A stretch of DNA of 32,000 nt from NCBI RefSeq assembly GCF_051097895.1, contig NZ_CP142525.1, positions 270,001 through 302,000 of the forward strand. The letters are read 5' to 3'. The notes under the pieces were generated by a model, which was given only the letters and a program-made list of their open reading frames with translations, had not been told where the DNA came from and did no database searches. Numbering within the stretch: position 1 is the stretch's first letter; the number at the start of each line of letters is the position of its first letter. The translations under genes and the position numbers were made by a program. Below, piece by piece: positions 18,789 to 28,359 of the stretch. The stretch comes from Psychrobacter sp. HD31 (GTDB taxonomy: Bacteria > Pseudomonadota > Gammaproteobacteria > Pseudomonadales > Moraxellaceae).

Positions 18789-19760
18789 TTAAGCGTGCAA
18801 TGCTTTGACTCGCTCAACTTCTTCACTGCTGCCTAACACAACTGGGACACGTTGGTGAATATCTGTTGGTTCAATATCTAAAATATTATTGACGGCATCT
18901 GTTGCTAAACCACCTGCTTGTTCAATTAGCAATGCCATTGGGTTTGCCTCATACATTAGGCGTAGTTTGCCTGGTTTTTTTGGGTCTTTGGTATCAAATG
19001 GGTAGGTGAAAACACCACCACGGCATAAAATACGGTGTACATCGCCAACCATAGCTGCTACCCAACGGGTATTATAATTTTTTCCACGTACGCCATCTTT
19101 ACCGGCAATTAACTCGTCAATATACTGTTGCATTGGTGGCAACCAGTGGCGGTAGTTAGATGCGTTGATAGCATACTCATTTGTGGCGGCACTAATTTTT
19201 ACCGCTTCTTCAATCAGGACATATTCATTACTAGCTGGGTCGAGGCTAAACATAGCAACCCCATTACCAAATGTAATTGCAAGCATGGTAGAAGGACCAT
19301 AAACAATATAACCACTGGCTAATTGATTGCGCCCTGTTTGTAAAAAGTCATTATTAGTAACTTCTGAACCTTGGTTTTGGTAGGGTAGGATAGAAAATAT
19401 GGTACCCACACTCATGTTGATATCGATGTTACTAGAGCCATCAAGTGGATCAAAAAGTACTAAAACCTCGCCGTTTGGATTGGCTGGTGTGGCATCATCT
19501 AACTCTTCTGAAGCAACCCCTGCACAAACAGAATTTGCCGATAAAGCATCTAACAGTAAATCGTTAGAGATAACATCTAGCTTTTTTTGTTCTTCACCTT
19601 GCACATTTTGGTTGCCTGCTTCGCCATGGATGTCTGCCAATGCACCACGTTGCAACAGCTTGCTGATTTCAACACCAACATTTGCAATGGTGCTAACGGC
19701 ACTTGCAATAGCAGGGGATGTATGGTTTTTTTCATTTAAATACGTGTTAAGGGTTATCAT
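18789..19760 (-). CDS. fbp: Fructose-1,6-bisphosphatase class 1
   Basis: 323-aa ORF with FBPase metal-binding motif [13 protein letters not shown] and conserved C-terminal [13 protein letters not shown]. Confidence 0.93.
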   Translation of the reverse strand: MITLNTYLNEKNHTSPAIASAVSTIANVGVEISKLLQRGALADIHGEAGNQNVQGEEQKKLDVISNDLLLDALSANSVCAGVASEELDDATPANPNGEVLVLFDPLDGSSNIDINMSVGTIFSILPYQNQGSEVTNNDFLQTGRNQLASGYIVYGPSTMLAITFGNGVAMFSLDPASNEYVLIEEAVKISAATNEYAINASNYRHWLPPMQQYIDELIAGKDGVRGKNYNTRWVAAMVGDVHRILCRGGVFTYPFDTKDPKKPGKLRLMYEANPMALLIEQAGGLATDAVNNILDIEPTDIHQRVPVVLGSSEEVERVKALHA

Positions 19761-20051
19761 TTTTTATCCTGTTTTGATGTCATCAAACCAATAAATAGGG
19801 CGTTGTTGAGTCAATTTTGAGTTTAACTTTATACTAATGTATACATAAATAGTAGCGCATACATGTTCGCTCACAATTTAAGTTAAAATATACTTTAGAC
19901 AGCGTATAAAATTCGGTAAAATAAACTGTAAATTTTTATACAGAGTTTATCAAATTTCAAAAGGTTTGTCTTTTTGATAAGTGACGAAAATAAGCTCTGC
20001 TGGCTAAATATTCACAATTTTTTATGTACAACCCTCAAAACGGTAATTGCT

Positions 20052-21116
20052 ATGAATGATAAAACCCAAATGGATATCGATGCCCGCTTAAATGCATCAC
20101 TCAGTCAGCCACAATTAACTAAAGGGGGCGGGATACGCCATTTTTTAGGTGTGGAAGGTTTGTCCAAACAGCAATTAGAGCAAATTATTCATAAAGCAGA
20201 AAGCTATTTTGATGAAAACGGTCATTTATCTAATGCCACCGATTTAGAAGGCGTGACTGTGATGAATCTGTTTTTTGAGAACTCGACCAGAACAAGAACC
20301 ACTTTTGAAGTTGCTGAAAAAAGGTTGGGTGCAAATGTATTGAACCTAGATATTGCCACTTCTAGTACCAAAAAAGGGGAAAGCCTAAGGGATACGTTAT
20401 GGAATTTGCAAGCCATGAGTGCCGATATTTTTGTTGTTCGTCACAGTGCATCGGGTGCTGCACATTTTATGGCAACAGAGGTCACGCCCGATATTGCTAT
20501 TATTAATGGTGGTGATGGCTGGCATGCGCACCCAACGCAAGGCATGCTTGATATGTTAACCATTCATCGAGAAGCAAAAAAACCATTTGAAGATTTATCA
20601 GTTTGTATCGTTGGGGATATTAAGCATTCTCGTGTTGCTCGTTCTGATATCAGTGCATTAAAAACGCTTGGCGTAAAAGATATTAGAGTATGTGCCCCGC
20701 AAACGCTTTTACCAAAAGGCATTAAACGGTATGGGGTAACTGTGTATGAAGATATTGATGATGCGGTTGTAGGCTGTGATGTATTAATGGGGCTAAGGAT
20801 TCAAAATGAACGAATTGGCTCGCCATTGTTGGCATCATCAAGTGAGTATTTTAAAACTTATGGCTTAACGCCAGAAAGGGTTGCTAAGGCAAGCCCATAT
20901 GCGTTAGTAATGCATCCAGGTCCGATGAACCGAGGTGTCGAAATCTCCTCCAGTGTTGCCGATGGAGACCAGTCTGTTATTTTAAAGCAAGTTAACAATG
21001 GCATTGCAGTGCGTATGGCGGTTTTATCACTTGCAATGGAAGGGCAACGTGACTATCGCAAGCAAATGACACAAGCAACAACAAAACCAAGTAAAACTTC
21101 TGAGATGGGAGAATAA
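20052..21116 (+). CDS. pyrB: Aspartate carbamoyltransferase catalytic chain
   Basis: Motifs STRTR, HPTQ and HPGP are present. The track ORF starts at TTG 19974. ATG 20052 (MNDKTQ...) is the first ATG and gives a normal-length N-terminus. The stop lies 2 nt before the next gene. Confidence 0.92.
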   Translation: MNDKTQMDIDARLNASLSQPQLTKGGGIRHFLGVEGLSKQQLEQIIHKAESYFDENGHLSNATDLEGVTVMNLFFENSTRTRTTFEVAEKRLGANVLNLDIATSSTKKGESLRDTLWNLQAMSADIFVVRHSASGAAHFMATEVTPDIAIINGGDGWHAHPTQGMLDMLTIHREAKKPFEDLSVCIVGDIKHSRVARSDISALKTLGVKDIRVCAPQTLLPKGIKRYGVTVYEDIDDAVVGCDVLMGLRIQNERIGSPLLASSSEYFKTYGLTPERVAKASPYALVMHPGPMNRGVEISSSVADGDQSVILKQVNNGIAVRMAVLSLAMEGQRDYRKQMTQATTKPSKTSEMGE

Positions 21117-21118
21117 CC

Positions 21119-22285
21119 ATGACTAAAATGTTAAACCTACTACCTCAAAGTTTTAAACAACCAGATTTAAGTAATAAAAACACTGCTGGACACTGGTTAT
21201 TGCCACCACTTGTTGATTTATGTGCAAGGTTGCGCGAGCCAGGACAACAACACCATGGTACCCTGCAGTCAGAAGGCATGGCAGCACGTAACAATGGTTT
21301 TTTACATGTGGTGATACCGCCAGATACAGATCCTATTTTAGAAAATGGCTCATTATTTAAAGGCTTAAGAGAAAGGGCTTGGTACGATGGGGGTATTCAT
21401 CTACATATTTTAGGGGCATTGACCGAAGGACTCGCTGGCAGAAACCCTGCGAATGTTGCCGGATTAAAACAAGGCGGCTGTATTGCGGTTACAAATGCCG
21501 GCAGACCCTTTGCAAATGACATGGTTATGCTCCGCACGCTTGAATATGCAGCAACTTTTGGCTTAAAAGTATTCTTTTACCCTAATGAGCCCAGCTTATC
21601 AGAAGGTGGTGTGGCACATGAGGGTTATATTGCTTCTTTTCATGGTTTGCAAGGTATCCCTTGGATTGCAGAAACAGTTGCCTTATCAAAACAACTGTTG
21701 ATGGTAGAAGAAACAGGCATATCAGCACATTTTAGCCAACTGACAACGAAGTCGTCTGTCGAGTTAATTGCTTGGGCTAAAAACAAAGGATTGCCTGTTA
21801 CTTGTGATGTGGCAATGCATCAGTTGCATTTAACAGATGACAGCCTAGAAGGCTTTAACTCGCTGGCATATGTATTACCACCGCTACGTAGTAATACTGA
21901 CCAACAAGCACTGCGTAACGGGCTGGCTGATGGCACAATTGATGCGATTTGTAGCCACCATGAGCCGTTAGCGGATACGGCTAAACAAGCGCCATTTGCC
22001 GAAACTCGCCCTGGTATATCAAACTTTGATACCTTTATGTCGTTAGCTTGTAAGCTGGTAGAAGAGGGGGTATTAACACCGAATCAATTGGTCGAAAAGA
22101 TTTGTATTAATCCGGCAAAAATTGCTGGTATCAGTGATGAATATCAACAAATCCAGGGATCAGTGCTTATTGACCCAAATCAATGCTGGCAAGTGAACCG
22201 TCAAAGCATGCTATCTAATGGTAAAAACACACCATTTATTGACCAAACCTTAAAGGGTAAGGTTGTAGGCACTTTTTTTGACTAA
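21119..22285 (+). CDS. Dihydroorotase-like protein, predicted non-catalytic (PyrC'-type ATCase partner)
   Basis: 388-aa amidohydrolase-fold ORF tightly coupled to pyrB. The expected D-x-H-x-H..REPG zinc motif reads DLCARLREPG (21215-21244). The expected DHAPH reads SHHEP. An in-frame TGA at 21101-21103 precludes any longer N-terminus. Confidence 0.8.
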   Translation: MTKMLNLLPQSFKQPDLSNKNTAGHWLLPPLVDLCARLREPGQQHHGTLQSEGMAARNNGFLHVVIPPDTDPILENGSLFKGLRERAWYDGGIHLHILGALTEGLAGRNPANVAGLKQGGCIAVTNAGRPFANDMVMLRTLEYAATFGLKVFFYPNEPSLSEGGVAHEGYIASFHGLQGIPWIAETVALSKQLLMVEETGISAHFSQLTTKSSVELIAWAKNKGLPVTCDVAMHQLHLTDDSLEGFNSLAYVLPPLRSNTDQQALRNGLADGTIDAICSHHEPLADTAKQAPFAETRPGISNFDTFMSLACKLVEEGVLTPNQLVEKICINPAKIAGISDEYQQIQGSVLIDPNQCWQVNRQSMLSNGKNTPFIDQTLKGKVVGTFFD

Positions 22286-22330
22286 GATGGCTTTACATTA
22301 ATTTTATAAAGTTAACTAATTACAAATATA

Positions 22331-22367
22331 AACGCCCATTAACTTATTAGCTAATGGGCGTTTTTTA
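22331..22367. terminator. Rho-independent terminator between convergent pyrC' and BCCT genes
   Basis: ACGCCCATTA - 10-nt loop - TAATGGGCGT (10-bp stem) followed by TTTTTT on the + strand. The minus-strand tail is moderately T-rich. Confidence 0.75.
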
Positions 22368-22380
22368 ATCTGCTTGAATA

Positions 22381-24018
22381 TTAGTGTTGTTCTAGTTCAT
22401 CAATCAGTTGTTCACGTGCTTTATAAATTTTACGTAAACCTAGCCACAGGCTAAAACACATGATGATGAGTACAAACGAGAATGGTAATCCTGTACTGAC
22501 TGTCCCTGCTTGTAATGCTTTTAATGCTTCTTTACCACCACCATACAACAAGGCTGCTGCCGTACAGCCTTCAGCAACTGCCCAAAAGATACGTTGTGGT
22601 ACAGGGGCTTCTAATTTACCCCCTGAGGTAATGGTATCGACGACTAAAGAACCTGAGTCAGAAGAAGTAACAAAAAACACCATCACCAAAATAATCGAGA
22701 TGATAGAGGTTACTGTACTTAAAGGTAAATGCTCTAGCATTTGGAATAAGGTTAATGAGGCATCGGTGACACCGTTTGCCAATTCACCCACTTGATTTGC
22801 GTACTGCTCTAAAGCGATTTGACCAAATACGGACATCCAGATAATAGTCACAACAGTAGGAATAATAACAACTGAAGTTAAAAATTCACGCACGGTACGC
22901 CCTTTGGAGATACGGGCAATAAACATACCCACAAATGGTGACCAACTCACCCACCATGCCCAGTAGAATACTGACCAACCGTGATAAAAGTCACTATCTT
23001 CACGCCCCACAGGATTAGACAAAGGCAAGAAATAGCTTGCATAGTCCATGGTTGTTGTACCGATTTTTGCAATAGACTGTAGCGGATTACCTACCATGAA
23101 AACAAACAAGAAGAAAATCAATGCAACCAACATATTGAGGTTACTTAAAACCTTCACACCACCATCAAGACCACGAGTCACTGAAATGACAGCAATCATA
23201 GTTACAAAAGCAATGACACCAATTTCTAGAACATTGAGTCCCAAATCAATCCCAAATAAGAATTTCAACCCACTGGAAACCTGCTGAGCTCCCAAGCCAA
23301 GAGAGGTAGACAACCCAAAGATGGTTGCCAATACCGCTAAGGTATCAATGAGATGTCCAGTCCAGCCCCAGACTCGCTCTCCTAACAGGGGATAAAAGAT
23401 TGAGCGTAAACTGAGTGGGAAACGGAAGTTAAAGGCAAAAACGGCTAATGCCAGACCAACAATGGCATAAATTGCCCAAGCATGTAAGCCCCAGTGATAA
23501 ATGGTTGCTCCCATAGCGGCATGAAAAGCTTCTGGCGAGCCAGCCTCTACATTTAATGGCGTACCATACCAGCCACTGGCATAAGCAAGAGGTTCAGCCG
23601 TTGACCAAAACATCAACCCAATACCCATGCCGGCTGCAAATAACATTGCAAACCATGACATACGAGTAAATTCTGGTTTGGCATTTAAGCCACCAATACG
23701 AATATTACCAAAAGGTGAGAAAACTAACCCAATACAGAAAATTAAAATAATGTTGCTGGTAAGCATAAACAACCAGTCAAAATTATTTACCGACCATCCT
23801 TTAGCACCGTTTAACCAGCTATTTGACAACTCTGGCTGTGCTAAAGCAAAGGTAACAAAACCAATGACCAACATTGCTGCCATAATAAAAACAGGGTTAT
23901 GAATATCCATCCCCATAACTTCAACATTGTGTTCACCGACTTCATGCTTTGTTTTGTATAAGCGTTTTCGGTATCTCTCGATAAGTGGTTTGGGGATTTT
24001 ATTGAACTTGTTCTGCAT
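22381..24018 (-). CDS. BCCT-family (betaine/carnitine/choline) transporter
   Basis: 545-aa polytopic ORF with BCCT signature GWSVFYWAWWVSWSPFVGMFIARISKGRT. AAGG RBS upstream. Substrate not assignable from sequence. Confidence 0.9.
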   Translation of the reverse strand: MQNKFNKIPKPLIERYRKRLYKTKHEVGEHNVEVMGMDIHNPVFIMAAMLVIGFVTFALAQPELSNSWLNGAKGWSVNNFDWLFMLTSNIILIFCIGLVFSPFGNIRIGGLNAKPEFTRMSWFAMLFAAGMGIGLMFWSTAEPLAYASGWYGTPLNVEAGSPEAFHAAMGATIYHWGLHAWAIYAIVGLALAVFAFNFRFPLSLRSIFYPLLGERVWGWTGHLIDTLAVLATIFGLSTSLGLGAQQVSSGLKFLFGIDLGLNVLEIGVIAFVTMIAVISVTRGLDGGVKVLSNLNMLVALIFFLFVFMVGNPLQSIAKIGTTTMDYASYFLPLSNPVGREDSDFYHGWSVFYWAWWVSWSPFVGMFIARISKGRTVREFLTSVVIIPTVVTIIWMSVFGQIALEQYANQVGELANGVTDASLTLFQMLEHLPLSTVTSIISIILVMVFFVTSSDSGSLVVDTITSGGKLEAPVPQRIFWAVAEGCTAAALLYGGGKEALKALQAGTVSTGLPFSFVLIIMCFSLWLGLRKIYKAREQLIDELEQH

Positions 24019-24047
24019 AATTAACCTTTTGGGTTGTTAAAAAAGTA

Positions 24048-24068
24048 TGCAAAATTCTTTGTGATTTT
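24048..24068 (+). repeat. Copy 1 of an inverted 20-21-nt repeat in the BCCT/mfd intergenic region
   Basis: TGCAAAATTCTTTGTGATTTT. It equals the reverse complement of 24256-24275 apart from one extra C. Confidence 0.5.
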
Positions 24069-24255
24069 AAAAATAACAATATGTCATGTCTTTGTTGCTA
24101 TCAGAAAGCTGTCACAGTTTACCTAGAGCAATAAGATACGATAAGTTTTTTTTATTAATATTAAAAAAAAGCATGGATTTTGAATTGCAAAGATTTTATG
24201 TATATTTAACCAAAACTAAATAATAAAACCGTTGTAAATTAAAACAAAAAAATGC

Positions 24256-24275
24256 AAAATCACAAAAATTTTGCA
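24256..24275 (-). repeat. Copy 2 (inverted) of the 20-21-nt repeat, embedded in a local palindrome
   Basis: Minus strand reads TGCAAAATTTTTGTGATTTT. On the + strand, 24253-24275 is itself TGCAAAAT-CACAAAA-ATTTTGCA. Confidence 0.5.
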
Positions 24276-24570
24276 AAAGATAAATAAAAACTTAACAACT
24301 TTAACAAAAAAAATGCTTTTTTACAAATTTTTAACTAAAGTGTCATAAACAAACGAGGGTTTTTTATATTGTTAAATAGTAAGATTTACTAACTTATTGT
24401 TTGCCTGAGTGACTAACTTTTTTTTAATAATAATTGATTTTATAAATCATTAATGCTTTTAAGGTGTTTTTTTATTTTCATAAAAAATGGTATTGCATCT
24501 TTTGCTTAACCAGTAATGACTTTATAATAACCACTTTCATACTTTATTTATCTAGACCTAATCTATAGCC

Positions 24571-27500
24571 ATGCCTATCTCATCCCTAACAACTACATTC
24601 CAATCTTTAAATAATCAACTGTTCCCAATTGCTACTAAACCTGTAGCACAACATCGCAAGCTTTCACCTGTGCATGGGGCGAGTGTGAGTTTATGGTTAG
24701 CGAGCCTTACTAAATTAGCAGACGATAAGGTCAATCAACGCTTAAAAGTGGTGGTTACTGCTAACCAAAACCAGCTAAATCAAATAGAAACTGAACTGAG
24801 GTTTTGTGGTGTAGATACGTATGTATTTCCAGATTGGGAAACACTCACCTATGATGAGCTCTCGCCTCATCAAGATATTGTATCCGAGCGCATCAATTTG
24901 TTGACTGACATGCCAAACAAAGGCATTTTACTGATTAGCATACAAACCTTGATGCAGCGTGTTGCACCAGCAAGCTGGTTAATTGGTCAGCATTTTGACT
25001 TAAATGTAAATGATACTTTTGAGGTAGAAAAACAGCGCACACAACTTACTAAAGCAGGTTACAGGGTGGTGGATAATGTATTTGAACCCGGTGAGTTTGC
25101 TATTAGAGGTAGTGTCATTGATTTATTTGCGATGGGGCAGCCTTTCCCTGTGCGTATTGATTTGTTTGATGATGAAATTGAGACGATTAAGTTTTTTAAT
25201 CCGCAAACACAGCGTACATTAACAGCCAAAGATTTAGAAGAGATGCTAAAAGAGGGTAATGATGTCATCAATGATTTGCATAAATTACCAGACTTAACCG
25301 AGACGATTAACAGTTTTCAAATCTTACCAGCAAAGGAGTTTCCATTAGAGGATGGGAGAGAAACTTTTAGAAATAACTTTGCGACCATGTTCCCAAACAC
25401 CAGTAGTCGAAAGTCGGAACTACATATTGATGTGATGAAAGGTATTGCACCAGCTGGTGTTGAGTACTACCAGCCATTATTTTTTGATTTAGAAACATGG
25501 ACAGAGCAGGCAATGATTTTTGATTATTTGCCAGCAGATAGTATTTTTATCCTAGATGAATCTGCCAGTCAGCAGTCACAAAATCATTGGGAGCAGATTG
25601 CTAAACGTTATGATGATTTACGCCATGATGTTGATAAGCCGATTGTGGCACCTGATTTGCTGTATCTTGCTACCAATCAGCTAAATGAGCAAATTAACCA
25701 ATATCCTCGTGTGTACTTCTCGGCAAGCGCACTGCAAGGTGGCAGCTCGGCAAGTCATGTCTTTTTTGATGAAAGTGTAACGCCTCCAGAGCTGCCCGTT
25801 AGCCATCAAAAAGAAGAACCCTTAGAAGATTTACTAAGTTTTATTAAAGCCAATTCAGCAGAGTGTCATACAAAAGGCACAACACCTATATTGATTGTTG
25901 CTGAAACCGCTGGCAGGCGTGAGATTTTACTCGACTTGTTACAAGATAAGCTGGACGTGGTCGTTTATGATAATTTGGCTGAGTTTTTTGAATCTAAATC
26001 AACAAAAGTTGGTCTAACCATCGCGCCAATAGAACGTGGCGTGTTTATCCCAAATCAGCTTATCATCATTAGTGAAACTCAGCTTTTTGGTCGCACGGTT
26101 TTACAAACCCGCCGCCGTCGTCAGTCTGATGTATCCGAAGAGTTTTTAATCAAAAGCGTTACCGAAATGACCATTGATAGCCCTGTGGTGCATATTGAAC
26201 ATGGCATTGGGCGTTATCAAGGCTTGATAACGCTTGATGTTAATGGTCAGGGTAATGTGGATGATGAGCAAGAGTTTATTCATTTAAAATATGCCGATGA
26301 TGCCAGTATCTATGTGCCTGTAACCAATTTAAATTTGATTAGTCGCTACAGTGGCGGCGATCCAGCCCTTGCGCCATTACATAAAATTGGCAGTGGCAAA
26401 TGGGATAAAGCAAAACAAAAAGCGCTGGAACAAATCCATGATGTGGCGGCAGAATTGCTTAACGTGCAGGCTCGCCGAGATGCCAAAGAAGGTATCCATT
26501 TTAAGGTAGAACAAACCGCTTATGATTTATTTGCCAGTCAGTTTGCGTTTGAAGAAACGCCAGACCAAGCTAATGCCATTGATGCGGTTATTTATGATAT
26601 GAAGCAAAACAAACCTATGGATAGGTTGGTTTGTGGTGATGTTGGTTTTGGTAAAACCGAGGTTGCCATGCGTGCTGCATTTATTGCCGTTAATGCAGGC
26701 TATCAAGTGGCGGTACTTGTGCCCACCACGTTACTTGCTGGGCAACATGCGGATAATTTTATTGACCGCTTTGCCGATTGGCCAATTAATATTGCAAGCT
26801 TGTCTCGTTTTGGCGGTAAAAAACATCAGGATAAAGTGATGTCAGGTCTTGCCGATGGCACGGTAGATATTGTTATCGGTACGCACAAAATTTTGCAAGA
26901 AGATGTTAAGTTTGACAACCTTGGTTTGATGATTGTTGATGAAGAGCATCGCTTTGGTGTACGCCATAAAGAGCGCATTAAAGCCATGCAGTCGGATGTT
27001 GACTGCTTATCGATGACGGCAACGCCAATCCCTCGTACTTTAAACATGGCGCTGTCTGGCATGCGTGACATGTCGATAATTGCAACACCGCCAGCTCGTC
27101 GCTTGGCCATCAAAACTTTTGTCATGCAAAAACGTGATGCCGTTATGAAAGAGGCTATTTTGCGTGAGCTATTGCGTGGCGGGCAAGTGTATATCTTACA
27201 TAATGATGTGGCGAGTATTGAGCGAATGGCAGAGAGTATCCGAGAGCTTGTGCCTGAAGCTCGAGTTGGCGTGGGACATGGACAAATGAATGAACGTCAA
27301 CTTGAACAAGTGATGCATGATTTTTATCACAAAAAACATAACGTATTAGTTTGCACCACCATTATTGAAACGGGCATTGATGTGCCAAATGCCAACACCA
27401 TCATTATTGAGCGGGCAGATAAATTTGGCTTGGCTCAACTACACCAATTGCGTGGGCGTGTTGGGCGTAGCCATCACCAAGCCTATTGCTACTTGCTTGT

Positions 27501-28206
27501 GCCATCGTTAAAAGGTTTAAAAGGCGATGCGAAAAAACGCCTCAAAGCGGTTGAACGTGCCAACACATTAGGCGCAGGCTTTATGCTTGCCAGTGAGGAT
27601 TTAGAGATCCGTGGGGCAGGGGAGCTATTGGGTAAACAGCAGTCTGGCAATATGCAAGCGATTGGTTTTAGCTTATATATGGATATGCTGGAGCGAGCCA
27701 CTAAGGCGATTAAACAAGGTAAAGAACCCAATCTGACGGCGCCATTATCATTAACAGCAGACATCAATATGCATTGCTCAGCACTTATCCCAGAAGCGTA
27801 TTTGCATGATGTTCATCAACGTTTGATGTTTTATAAACGTATCAGTAATGTGGATGAAAAAGAAGCATTGACTGATATTCGTACTGAAATGATTGATAGG
27901 TTTGGTGCGTTGCCAGAACAAACAGGCAACTTATTTGCTATTCATCAGTTACGCTTGCTGGCAGAGCCGCTCGGCATTACTAAAATTGATGCCAGTGATA
28001 GTGCTATAACCTTTGAGTTTGCGCCTGATACCCCTGTTGATGCGATAACAATTATTAAGTTAATTCAATCTAAGCCAAATGAGTATCGTATGAATGGCGC
28101 GACAGGTATCCGCTATACGGCTACTAAAGAAGCTGTTTTAGAGGATGCTAAAAAACGGATTGAGAAAGTTAAGGCGTTATTGGTTTATTTTGGCAAGGGA
28201 TTGTAA
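24571..28206 (+). CDS. mfd: Transcription-repair coupling factor
   Basis: 1211-aa ORF collinear with E. coli Mfd. UvrB-homology N-terminal region, RNAP-interaction region, and helicase motifs GDVGFGKTEVA, DEEHRFG and LRGRVGRS. Confidence 0.95.
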   Translation: MPISSLTTTFQSLNNQLFPIATKPVAQHRKLSPVHGASVSLWLASLTKLADDKVNQRLKVVVTANQNQLNQIETELRFCGVDTYVFPDWETLTYDELSPHQDIVSERINLLTDMPNKGILLISIQTLMQRVAPASWLIGQHFDLNVNDTFEVEKQRTQLTKAGYRVVDNVFEPGEFAIRGSVIDLFAMGQPFPVRIDLFDDEIETIKFFNPQTQRTLTAKDLEEMLKEGNDVINDLHKLPDLTETINSFQILPAKEFPLEDGRETFRNNFATMFPNTSSRKSELHIDVMKGIAPAGVEYYQPLFFDLETWTEQAMIFDYLPADSIFILDESASQQSQNHWEQIAKRYDDLRHDVDKPIVAPDLLYLATNQLNEQINQYPRVYFSASALQGGSSASHVFFDESVTPPELPVSHQKEEPLEDLLSFIKANSAECHTKGTTPILIVAETAGRREILLDLLQDKLDVVVYDNLAEFFESKSTKVGLTIAPIERGVFIPNQLIIISETQLFGRTVLQTRRRRQSDVSEEFLIKSVTEMTIDSPVVHIEHGIGRYQGLITLDVNGQGNVDDEQEFIHLKYADDASIYVPVTNLNLISRYSGGDPALAPLHKIGSGKWDKAKQKALEQIHDVAAELLNVQARRDAKEGIHFKVEQTAYDLFASQFAFEETPDQANAIDAVIYDMKQNKPMDRLVCGDVGFGKTEVAMRAAFIAVNAGYQVAVLVPTTLLAGQHADNFIDRFADWPINIASLSRFGGKKHQDKVMSGLADGTVDIVIGTHKILQEDVKFDNLGLMIVDEEHRFGVRHKERIKAMQSDVDCLSMTATPIPRTLNMALSGMRDMSIIATPPARRLAIKTFVMQKRDAVMKEAILRELLRGGQVYILHNDVASIERMAESIRELVPEARVGVGHGQMNERQLEQVMHDFYHKKHNVLVCTTIIETGIDVPNANTIIIERADKFGLAQLHQLRGRVGRSHHQAYCYLLVPSLKGLKGDAKKRLKAVERANTLGAGFMLASEDLEIRGAGELLGKQQSGNMQAIGFSLYMDMLERATKAIKQGKEPNLTAPLSLTADINMHCSALIPEAYLHDVHQRLMFYKRISNVDEKEALTDIRTEMIDRFGALPEQTGNLFAIHQLRLLAEPLGITKIDASDSAITFEFAPDTPVDAITIIKLIQSKPNEYRMNGATGIRYTATKEAVLEDAKKRIEKVKALLVYFGKGL

Positions 28207-28256
28207 AGATAGGATTAACAAGAAGCGGGTTAATATAGGTATTCCTATTGATATAT

Positions 28257-28299
28257 CGCATTCGTGTTGTGTAATGAAACGCAACACAACACGAATGCG
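28257..28299. repeat. Perfect 16-bp inverted repeat (stem-loop) between convergent mfd and ampG
   Basis: CGCATTCGTGTTGTGT (28257-28272) pairs perfectly with ACACAACACGAATGCG (28284-28299) across an 11-nt loop. Neither side has a U-tract, so it is not a canonical intrinsic terminator. Confidence 0.6.
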
Positions 28300-28359
28300 C
28301 TTAGCTTAAGCAGCTTACCTACTTATTTAAGCAATAACTCATTCTAGGTATTTAGGTAA

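Noticed and set aside
19399-19794. 131-aa + strand ORF antisense to fbp
   Set aside because: It is almost entirely contained within the well-supported fbp gene. A shadow ORF is the likelier explanation.
19761-20051. Possible pyrimidine attenuator, leader peptide or PyrR-binding hairpin upstream of pyrB
   Set aside because: I found no PyrR-box-like (..CCAGAGAGG..) hairpin, no leader ORF with a terminator, and only weak 5-bp stems. There is also no pyrR gene upstream.
28235-28250. Short palindrome ATAGG-TATT-CCTAT sharing AATAGGAATA with the aqpZ leader repeat (15751-15760)
   Set aside because: A 10-nt shared word and 5-bp arms are well within chance expectation.
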